In this document: positions 25,035-32,000 of the stretch, in pieces
How the letters are laid out: every line of letters begins with the position of its first letter
Position numbering within the stretch: the first letter of the stretch is position 1
Assembly (NCBI RefSeq): GCF_001306055.1
Contig: NZ_LGHJ01000023.1
Span: 40,283 to 72,282, forward strand
From: Bellilinea caldifistulae
Lineage (GTDB): Bacteria > Chloroflexota > Anaerolineae > Anaerolineales > Anaerolineaceae
Reading direction: 5' to 3'
Length of the DNA: 32,000 nucleotides
Translations under genes and position numbers: made by a program
The notes under the pieces: generated by a model
Seen by the model: the letters and a program-made list of their open reading frames with translations, nothing else
The model's database searches: none
Told to the model about the DNA's origin: nothing

Positions 25035-28000
25035 ATGAAAACCTTTCGAATTCTGATTCAATTGTGTTTGATATTCGGTTTAATCGCTGGCCTGTGGGCG
25101 GTAATCCCGGCTGTACAACCGGTTTCTGCTGATGACCCGACCACAATCACGGTTTGCAGCAGCAGCAGTAGTTGTGACTACACCACCATTCAAGCGGCGG
25201 TGAATGCGGCTAGCCCGGGGGATGTGATCGAAATTAAAAATGGTACGTATACCAGTAGTACAATCAATATCTCCAAACCCTTGACCATCAAGGGGGAGAG
25301 CAAAGAGGGGGTACTCATACAGGCAGGTTCATCTAACGGATATGGATTGTATATTTGGTTAGATCCCATATTGGATATTCAGGAAGATTACTTTACTATC
25401 CAGAATGTGACTGTTGAAAATTATAATGGAGCATTTTATGGATTAAAAATATCCGGAAAAGCCAATGTAACCATCGAAAATGTTGAAGTTAGGAATTACG
25501 TTCGCTCCGGGATTGACTTGATCGGGGTCGAAGACGCTACGTTAGAAAACATAAATTCTCATGATAACGGTGGCGTTGGAATTGCTGTTTCTAATTCACA
25601 AAATATTACTCTGAGTGATATTACGACATCGTCGAATGGATGGGGTGGGATCGGTTTGTTTACAAACAATACTTATTACACCGCCAATTTGAGCGATGGA
25701 AAAACGGGAATAGACGGTGTCACCCTGACGGGAACGAATTCCTTCGGCGAATTAAATCCTTTGTACATGGATTTTGCCGACTCCTCTCACGTCATTCGCA
25801 ATTTCACTCAGAATGAATTTGCATATGTCGTCAGGAGCACAGCGGCTAGCCAGTATATTTATTACCAGAAGACAAAACAGAGCGCGCTGGGATTAATCAA
25901 TGCCGATCCTGTGACATTTAAGCCTACTGCCGCTATCCAACAGCTGTCAGATGGGTCTTTCCATGTATTGGATACAATGAAGATACAATCGGCGATTGAT
26001 TTGGCGGAGGCGGGCGGTATTATTTACATTGAACCGGGTGTATATACCGAAAACATCACAATTAACAAGCAAATCAGACTTAATGGAGCGGGCAGTGGGG
26101 AGAATTCAAATTCAAATACCATCTTAAGAAAGAATACCAATGCTGCTGTTGTAACTCTTGCAGCGTCCGGGACGCAAGGTTCACCAATCCTATTGAAGGA
26201 TTTTCGGATTGAACCGGTGGGCGTGTATGGTATCAATGTACCAAGTGGTACAGTGGAATATGTGAGTTTGGAAAATATCAAGGTAATTGGCTCTAAACCT
26301 GCTAACGATACAGAAAGCGAAGTTGGATTAAAAGTTGCGACTTCTGCCTCGTTGCAAAACATAACGGTTGAAGGATCGTCATTTGATCAACTTCATTATG
26401 GTTGGTACTTTGCCAAACACGGAGATTGGACCAGCGGCAGTAGCAATGTGGAAAATGTCGTGGTAGTGAATACCACCTTCAACGAAAATTCTAGCAAGGG
26501 GATTTATGTTGAGAAACTTTCTAACGCGACTTTCACAAATGTGCTTGTGGAAGACAATGGCTGGAACACATTGTTCTTCAATGCCCAGTGGAATGCCGGA
26601 ATTGATATCAATCTCAAGGGTGAAGCGGGTGGAAAAACCTATCAGAATCTCATTTTCAATAACCTGACGGTTAAAAACAATGCCAAAGGAACGAAAAACG
26701 GCGCCGGCGTGATGATCAAAGCACGGGATGACGGATCAACCTACTCTCTATATCCAGCAACTTTAACCAACGTCCAAATTAACGGTGGGATTTTTGAAGG
26801 TAACGAACGGGGTATTCGATTTGGTGAACCGGAGAAGAATAATGCCGGACCGAGTAATGTGGTTATTCAGAATGCGATTATTCGAAATAACACCAAGAGT
26901 TATACCGGTAACGATGGCAGCGCTTACGGTGGTGTAATCAATTACACCCAACAGCAGGTTAAGGCGGAAAACAATTATTGGGGTACATTAAGCTGGGCTG
27001 GCTACGGCAGCGTCAGCGGCATTCAAACGATGGTTTATGGAAATGTTGACTGGCAGCCATGGCGGGATGAAGCGCTTACCCAATCACTGAACATCCCCAC
27101 CATCACCTATGCTGATGATGACAACGCCGGTAAAGCGGAAGGCGACCTGGGCGCCAATGGCGGAACGTTTGGTTATAACGCCTTCGCCACTATCGAAGAT
27201 GCTCTCAACCACGTTGCCCCCGGTGGGACGGTGATTGTCGGTGCCGGAAATTACAGCGGTGATATCCAAATCAACAAGGCTGTTACCCTAACCGGTCAGA
27301 ATCGTCCTGTTCTGGACGGGCGCTTCTGGGTCAACACAAACAATGTCGTCATCCAGGGCTTTGAAATCCAAAATGGCCGCGCTTCCACGGGTGTGGAACA
27401 GAGTGGCGTGTATATCAGCGGCGCGCAGAACGTAATCATCCGCGATAATCACCTGATCGGCACATGGAACGGCGAGGAAACGAGTTTTGTCGGTGGTCGG
27501 GGTATTCTGACCTCCGGTAACGTCAGCGGCCTGCTAGTAGATGGAAATGAGATTGAAAAGTGGGTGAGCGGCCTGTATCTCAACCCGACCAGCGGGAGTA
27601 TCACGGTAATCAACAACGAAATCCATGATAACTGGGCCGGAGCCGGCACGGACGGGCAGACCAACGTGACCTTCCGCAACAATTACTTCAGCGACAACAT
27701 CGAGGGGATCGGTGCTTCCAGCGTTGGCGCTTCCTTCGTGGTGGAAGAGAACGCTTTTCTCGATAACACCACTGCCGTTAAGTGGTATAGTGGCGCCCAA
27801 ATCAAAGCCGAACGCAACTGGTGGGCACACCCGAGCGGGCCGGCAAATGCCGGCAACCCCGGTGGCAGCGGTCAGCCGGTGGTGGGAAGTGTGGACTTTA
27901 TCCCGTGGTTGTGCGATGGCACGGACAGCCAGCCTTCAGCGATTGGCTTCCAGCCGGCCACCGGTGCGGCAACCTGCACGGCAACTTCGGAGGCAACCCG

Positions 28001-28727
28001 GTTGGTGTTCGTTTCCTACCCGACCGTTGCCTATGAAAATGTGCCGTTTGCCACCCAGCCGGTGGTGCGCGCCGAAGACGATGACGGCAATCTGGCAGTC
28101 AATTTCAACGGCGTGGTGATCCTGTATCTGGCGAACAACCCGGCTGGCGGTGCGCTGCAAGGGACTCTGCTGGTAAACGCCGTCAACGGCGTGGCCACTT
28201 TCAGCGGTGTGAGCATCAGCAAAGCCGGGCAGAATTACCGATTGGCGGCGATTGCCACCTCGCTCGATCCGGCTGTCGGCGGTTTATTTGATGTTCTGCC
28301 GCAAAATGCGGATCTGGCAGTTTCGATCTCGGCTTCACCCAACCCGGTTGAAACCGGAGCTGCATTAACTTACACGGTTGGCGTTCAAAATCTCGGCCCG
28401 TTGGCTGCCAGCAACCTGACCCTGACGGTGAACCTGCCGGGCGGTGTGAACTTTGTCAACGCCGGCGGCACGGGCTGGACCTGCTCTCAAAGCGCAGGGG
28501 TGGTGACCTGCACCCGCTTCTCGCTGGCAGCTACCAGCAGCGCGCCGGATGTCACCATCACCGTCAATGCTCCCAATCAGGCCGGCAGTATCACGGCGAC
28601 AGCCTCAATCAGCTCCGAAACCCTGGATCTGGTTGCCGGAAATGATCAGGCGAGCGCGAATACCCTCGTCGTGACGATTCCGGAAACCGGTGGTATTACG
28701 ATTTACCTGCCACTGGTCAAGAAGTAA
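25035..28727 (+). CDS. Secreted three-module right-handed beta-helix (PbH1/NosD-like) protein with an Ig-like domain, a DUF11 repeat and an IPETG-type C-terminal tail
   Basis: 1230 aa. GGAGG Shine-Dalgarno. Signal peptide. Three cap motifs: TIQAAVNAASPGDVIEIKNGTY, IQSAIDLAEAGGIIYIEPGVY, TIEDALNHVAPGGTVIVGAGNY. DUF11 signature LTYTVGVQNLGP..GWTCS..VTCT. Confidence 0.85.
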   Translation: MKTFRILIQLCLIFGLIAGLWAVIPAVQPVSADDPTTITVCSSSSSCDYTTIQAAVNAASPGDVIEIKNGTYTSSTINISKPLTIKGESKEGVLIQAGSSNGYGLYIWLDPILDIQEDYFTIQNVTVENYNGAFYGLKISGKANVTIENVEVRNYVRSGIDLIGVEDATLENINSHDNGGVGIAVSNSQNITLSDITTSSNGWGGIGLFTNNTYYTANLSDGKTGIDGVTLTGTNSFGELNPLYMDFADSSHVIRNFTQNEFAYVVRSTAASQYIYYQKTKQSALGLINADPVTFKPTAAIQQLSDGSFHVLDTMKIQSAIDLAEAGGIIYIEPGVYTENITINKQIRLNGAGSGENSNSNTILRKNTNAAVVTLAASGTQGSPILLKDFRIEPVGVYGINVPSGTVEYVSLENIKVIGSKPANDTESEVGLKVATSASLQNITVEGSSFDQLHYGWYFAKHGDWTSGSSNVENVVVVNTTFNENSSKGIYVEKLSNATFTNVLVEDNGWNTLFFNAQWNAGIDINLKGEAGGKTYQNLIFNNLTVKNNAKGTKNGAGVMIKARDDGSTYSLYPATLTNVQINGGIFEGNERGIRFGEPEKNNAGPSNVVIQNAIIRNNTKSYTGNDGSAYGGVINYTQQQVKAENNYWGTLSWAGYGSVSGIQTMVYGNVDWQPWRDEALTQSLNIPTITYADDDNAGKAEGDLGANGGTFGYNAFATIEDALNHVAPGGTVIVGAGNYSGDIQINKAVTLTGQNRPVLDGRFWVNTNNVVIQGFEIQNGRASTGVEQSGVYISGAQNVIIRDNHLIGTWNGEETSFVGGRGILTSGNVSGLLVDGNEIEKWVSGLYLNPTSGSITVINNEIHDNWAGAGTDGQTNVTFRNNYFSDNIEGIGASSVGASFVVEENAFLDNTTAVKWYSGAQIKAERNWWAHPSGPANAGNPGGSGQPVVGSVDFIPWLCDGTDSQPSAIGFQPATGAATCTATSEATRLVFVSYPTVAYENVPFATQPVVRAEDDDGNLAVNFNGVVILYLANNPAGGALQGTLLVNAVNGVATFSGVSISKAGQNYRLAAIATSLDPAVGGLFDVLPQNADLAVSISASPNPVETGAALTYTVGVQNLGPLAASNLTLTVNLPGGVNFVNAGGTGWTCSQSAGVVTCTRFSLAATSSAPDVTITVNAPNQAGSITATASISSETLDLVAGNDQASANTLVVTIPETGGITIYLPLVKK

Positions 28728-28741
28728 ACCCTGCGGCCGGT

Positions 28742-28792
28742 AAAAAAATCCACCCCCTCCGCCAATCCCCACAGGCGGAGGGGGTTATTTAT
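28742..28792. terminator. Bidirectional intrinsic terminator between convergent genes
   Basis: A7 (28742-28748). 11-bp GC-rich stem: CCCCCTCCGCC (28753-28763) with GGCGGAGGGGG (28774-28784), 10-nt loop. Followed by TTATTTATGTTT. Confidence 0.7.
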
Positions 28793-28809
28793 GTTTAACC
28801 AAAATCGGT

Positions 28810-29901
28810 TTATGGTTTGGGCTGCTGCTGGGTGATGCAATGGATGTTGCCGCCGCCGAGTAAAATTTCGCGGGCAGGGACGGGCACGATTTGCCTCTCC
28901 GGCATCAATTCGGCTAGTTTTTGTAAGGCCGGTTGGTCGTGAGGGTCGTCGAAGACCGGCACAATTGCCGCGTCGTTTGCCATGTAAAAATTGATGTAGG
29001 AACCGGCCAGCCGATCGCCTTCCTCGCGCGGGAGCGTACCTTCCACGGCATCCACTCCCTCGCTCTCCTCACGGGTGATGTAAATCGGCCCGGGTTGATG
29101 GATTTTGTGAACTTCCAAACGCCGCCCGCGGGCGTCGGTCATCTGCATCAACCGCTCGTAGGCGTCTGCGGAGATGTCGTACTGGGGGTCGTTTTTATCG
29201 TCCGTCCAGGTCAGGGCGACCACACCGGGCCGGATGAAACAGGCAAGGTTATCCACGTGGCCGCTGGTTTCGTCGTTGTAAACACCTTTGCCCAGCCAGA
29301 GGATCTTCTCGACATTCAGGTACTCCATCAGCAGTTTTTCGATTTCGGATTTAGAGAGGTGTGGATTACGGTTGGGGTTGAGCAGGCATTCTTCGGTGGT
29401 CAACAGCGTACCCTGCCCGTCCACGTGAATAGAGCCTCCCTCCAAAACCAGCGGGGCTTTATAGCGGTCAACCCATTCGATTTCGGCGACCTTGCGTGCT
29501 ACCAGATCATCCAGATCCCAGGGAAAGTACAGGCCGCCATCCAGACCGCCCCAGGCGTTGAAGTCCCAGTCCACAGCTCGAATGACCTCACCGTTGGTGA
29601 CAAAGGTGGGACCGCAGTCGCGCATCCACGAATCGTTGGACGAAAGTTCTACCACGCGGATGTGGCCGGGCAGCAGGTGGCGGGCATTTTGAAACTGGCT
29701 TGCAGAAACCCCCATGGTGACACGTTCAAAGCGGGAGATGGCGCTCGCCACGGCTGCAAAGGCTTTTTGAGCCGGTTTGGCGCCCAATCGCCAGTTATCC
29801 GGACGCTCCGGCCAGAGCATCCAGCAGCCGGTATGAGGTTCAAACTCAGCCGGCATGCGAAAACCATCCTTGCGGGGTGTGCTTTCAATCAGATGCGACA
29901 T
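28810..29901 (-). CDS. aguA: Agmatine deiminase
   Basis: 363 aa. N-terminal [19 protein letters not shown]-terminal catalytic-Cys block [18 protein letters not shown] Shine-Dalgarno. Confidence 0.9.
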   Translation of the reverse strand: MSHLIESTPRKDGFRMPAEFEPHTGCWMLWPERPDNWRLGAKPAQKAFAAVASAISRFERVTMGVSASQFQNARHLLPGHIRVVELSSNDSWMRDCGPTFVTNGEVIRAVDWDFNAWGGLDGGLYFPWDLDDLVARKVAEIEWVDRYKAPLVLEGGSIHVDGQGTLLTTEECLLNPNRNPHLSKSEIEKLLMEYLNVEKILWLGKGVYNDETSGHVDNLACFIRPGVVALTWTDDKNDPQYDISADAYERLMQMTDARGRRLEVHKIHQPGPIYITREESEGVDAVEGTLPREEGDRLAGSYINFYMANDAAIVPVFDDPHDQPALQKLAELMPERQIVPVPAREILLGGGNIHCITQQQPKP

Positions 29902-29922
29902 GGCAATTACCTCCTAAAAGGA

Positions 29923-31308
29923 TTATTTTCGTTGGATGATGAATTCACCAATGATGAGGGTGACCCCAACACCGACCAGCACCGGAATGGCATAATTCCA
30001 GTCCACCGGTTCGCCCGGCACCCAGATGAAGAACACAATTGCCTGCAGGATGAACAGCACGCAGATGATCGTCATCAAGATGGCGGTAAGATGATTGCCC
30101 GGCACGCGGTAGGGACGCGGACGGTTGGCATCCGTGCGGCGTAGTCTCAGGAAGGCGGGGAACATTGCCAGATAGGGCAGTAAAAAAACAATGGAAGAGA
30201 AGGCAAACAGAGACCAGAAGAGGTCTTCGGCTGTGGAAGCCATCAACCCATAGATGATTAAAACCGCACTGGAAACGATGCCGGTGAGGACGTACGCCCC
30301 GACGGGGGTTTTGTTGATGGGGTGAAGTTTACCGAAGAAAGCGGGTAATTCTCCTTCATTGGCAGCCTCCGCGGCGGTTCGGTTGGCGCCCATTGTCCAG
30401 GTTACCATGTTGGTCAAAAATGTGTAGAGCGCGCCGATTCCGAGGATGGTAACGATCACACCGCCGACGCCGGTTTCACCAAACAGGATGCGCAGGGTAT
30501 CAATGATGCCCGACACCAGACCGAGCTGCTCGGCTGGAAGCGCCATTAACATACCGATCGTGCCCATCAGGTAGAAGAAAGCAATTAAGACGCCGGCAGT
30601 GATGATGGCGCGTGGAATATCGCGCTGGGGATTTTGCATTTCCTCACCGGCGCCGGACATCAACTCAAACCCCATGAAGTTGTAAACAATTACCGGCAAG
30701 AAGTAAAGACCGGCATCCCATGTGGGCAGGATATTGCGAAAAGAGAGATCGTTGGCTACACCATGTTGGGCAGCGTAAAAGAAGGCGCCGAAGCCAATCA
30801 CCAGCATGATGAGGGCTTTAATCAATGCGCCAACGTTGGGCACCCATTTGCCAATGTCAAGAGCGACGATTCCGATCACCACCGTTACCCAGGTCATCAA
30901 AACGCCGATGGCAATTTGTCCCCAAAGGCTCAAATCGGGGATGAACAATTGGGCGAACATACCGGCAAAAAGAACATAAACCGATGGCATCCACAAGGCT
31001 ACATTGATCCAGTAAAGCCAGGTGGTACGAGCAGCCCAACGTTCTCCAAAAGCATTGCGTACCCAGATATATAAACCGCCCTGCTCCGGGTATGTTGTGC
31101 CTAATTCTGCAGTAATCAGACCATAGGGGATGAAGAAAAGCACAAGGGTGATGATCCACCAGGAGATGGATGAAGGCCCGATTGCTGCCGAGGGTGCCAG
31201 TGTGTCTATTACAAGGATGGCAGCGACCGTAAAGAGGGTCATATCAATGGCACGGAAGGCTTTCTTGAAGCCGTTGCCTTTCTTTTCAACAGTCAGTTGA
31301 GTTTCCAT
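29923..31308 (-). CDS. aguD: APC-family amino acid/polyamine permease, a probable agmatine:putrescine antiporter
   Basis: 461 aa with about 12 TM segments. The antiporter assignment is by context, between a carbamoyltransferase and aguA. Confidence 0.75.
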   Translation of the reverse strand: METQLTVEKKGNGFKKAFRAIDMTLFTVAAILVIDTLAPSAAIGPSSISWWIITLVLFFIPYGLITAELGTTYPEQGGLYIWVRNAFGERWAARTTWLYWINVALWMPSVYVLFAGMFAQLFIPDLSLWGQIAIGVLMTWVTVVIGIVALDIGKWVPNVGALIKALIMLVIGFGAFFYAAQHGVANDLSFRNILPTWDAGLYFLPVIVYNFMGFELMSGAGEEMQNPQRDIPRAIITAGVLIAFFYLMGTIGMLMALPAEQLGLVSGIIDTLRILFGETGVGGVIVTILGIGALYTFLTNMVTWTMGANRTAAEAANEGELPAFFGKLHPINKTPVGAYVLTGIVSSAVLIIYGLMASTAEDLFWSLFAFSSIVFLLPYLAMFPAFLRLRRTDANRPRPYRVPGNHLTAILMTIICVLFILQAIVFFIWVPGEPVDWNYAIPVLVGVGVTLIIGEFIIQRK

Positions 31309-31338
31309 GATTTTCTCCGGTTGAACAGGTGAAATATA

Positions 31339-31372
31339 TTCATGCAGGGAGTCGGAAAGCTCCCTGCATGAA
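31339..31372 (-). promoter_or_regulatory. Perfect 13-bp intercistronic stem-loop between ptcA and aguD
   Basis: TTCATGCAGGGAG (31339-31351) pairs with CTCCCTGCATGAA (31360-31372), 8-nt loop. Only a weak U-tract follows on the minus strand. Confidence 0.5.
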
Positions 31373-31382
31373 GGTGAGTGAA

Positions 31383-32000
31383 CTAGCGGGTCAGGAATTC
31401 CTCAATTTTTCCGCGATGGTAGGTTAACAGTTCGGGGGTGGGTCGTTTCATGCGAGGATAAAGCAGCCAGACCAGAATGCCTTTCTCGGTATGCAGGCGG
31501 TTTTCAGCCTGATCAAAAATAATGGATTGGGGCGAGTCCATGACCTCGTCGGTTACTTCAACTCCGCGGGAAGCCGGCAGGCAGTGCATAAATTTACAGT
31601 GAGCGGGAGCTTTTGCCATCAATTCCTTGTTCACCTGATATTTGGGCATAAAAGCCGCCCGGCGTTCGGGAATCTGGTCTTCCTGGCCAACCCACCACCA
31701 TAAGTCGGTGTAGATGAAATCGGCGTCACGGACTGCCTCAACTGGATCTTCGGTGATGCGCAGCGTACCGCCGGAAACTTTGTTGTTTTCTTCAGCCCAA
31801 CGGACCCATTCCGCCGGCGCCTGATACTTTTTCGGGGCGGCGTGGGTAAAGTTCATTCCCAATCGGGTACAAATGAGCATCAGAGAGGAAAGTACATTGG
31901 TGGCATCTCCAATGAAGGTCACATTAAAATCTTCCAGTTTTTTGCCGGCGGGAGCGTGTTCGATCATGGTCAGAACATCACAAACGACCTGAGTCGGATG
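31383..32000 (-). CDS. ptcA: Ornithine/putrescine carbamoyltransferase family protein, likely putrescine carbamoyltransferase. Partial: the 5' end is off the window.
   Basis: The frame stays open to position 32000. The extra codons read HPTQVVCDVLT (HPxQ motif). HCLPA motif present. The canonical OTC SMG loop is replaced by TDLWWWVGQ. There is a C-terminal extension. Confidence 0.8.
   Translation of the reverse strand, partial: HPTQVVCDVLTMIEHAPAGKKLEDFNVTFIGDATNVLSSLMLICTRLGMNFTHAAPKKYQAPAEWVRWAEENNKVSGGTLRITEDPVEAVRDADFIYTDLWWWVGQEDQIPERRAAFMPKYQVNKELMAKAPAHCKFMHCLPASRGVEVTDEVMDSPQSIIFDQAENRLHTEKGILVWLLYPRMKRPTPELLTYHRGKIEEFLTR

Noticed and set aside
24922-25146. 74-aa minus-strand ORF in the 5' UTR and start of the beta-helix gene
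   Set aside because: It overlaps the well-supported start (GGAGG Shine-Dalgarno, signal peptide) of the plus-strand gene and has no motif.
27449-28222. Cluster of 60-135-aa ORFs on both strands (27449-27682, 27534-27830, 27712-28119, 27936-28160 and others)
   Set aside because: They all lie inside the GC-rich third of the beta-helix gene. They are a consequence of the composition, not separate genes.
28933-30144. 403-aa plus-strand ORF, the longest unexplained ORF in the track
   Set aside because: It lies antisense to aguA and the 3' end of aguD, both of which carry strong family signatures. Its sequence is low-complexity (V/G/H/R-rich) with no motif, which is typical of shadow ORFs in GC-rich DNA.
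1-32000. CRISPR arrays, tRNA/rRNA genes, IS elements, integrases and toxin-antitoxin pairs
   Set aside because: None was recognised on either strand. Intergenic regions are short (325 bp or less) and contain no tRNA-like or spaced-repeat structure apart from the 11-bp repeats reported above.

Overview
The window is a 32-kb bacterial chromosomal segment with 25 protein-coding genes. By eye I found no rRNA, tRNA, CRISPR array, transposase or integrase. One large gene is missing from the supplied ORF track because it runs off the left edge. It lies at 1-2489 on the minus strand and encodes an SF2 helicase with a DUF1998 C-terminus and an embedded HNH nuclease motif.

The left ~20 kb is about 45% GC, judged from individual 60-nt lines. 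It is mostly housekeeping and physiology genes:
- MFS transporter and A24 prepilin peptidase
- ATP-dependent PEP carboxykinase
- an 827-aa lipoprotein
- the Asp23-NusB pair
- a tight four-gene operon: MbfA-like erythrin-VIT1, VOC, LarA homologue, Est30-like esterase
- a 1144-aa PAS/GAF/HD-GYP sensor followed by an MscS-type channel
- an L-amino-acid-oxidase-like flavoprotein plus a 161-aa unknown
- SlyD

The right 12 kb is compositionally mosaic and looks accessory:
- a TPR-GGDEF cyclase
- a PCu(A)C copper chaperone transcribed divergently from a DeoR-HTH fused to a TRASH/NosL-like Cys domain
- a DUF1858 redox protein and a Crp/Fnr regulator
- a 1230-aa three-module beta-helix/DUF11 surface protein whose GC content jumps from about 30-40% to about 58-65% inside the ORF
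- a GC-rich agmatine deiminase operon (ptcA-aguD-aguA)

The candidates I rate most worth follow-up are:
1. the putative copper-sensing DeoR-TRASH regulator paired with the Met-rich PCu(A)C
2. the helicase-HNH-DUF1998 fusion
3. the chimeric beta-helix gene, with its 11-bp-phased operator-like repeats and its IPETG-type C-terminal tail
4. the orphan LarA operon

I cannot show that any of these is truly undescribed. All functional calls rest on motif recognition by eye, with no database searches. A Chloroflexota-like origin is only a guess.
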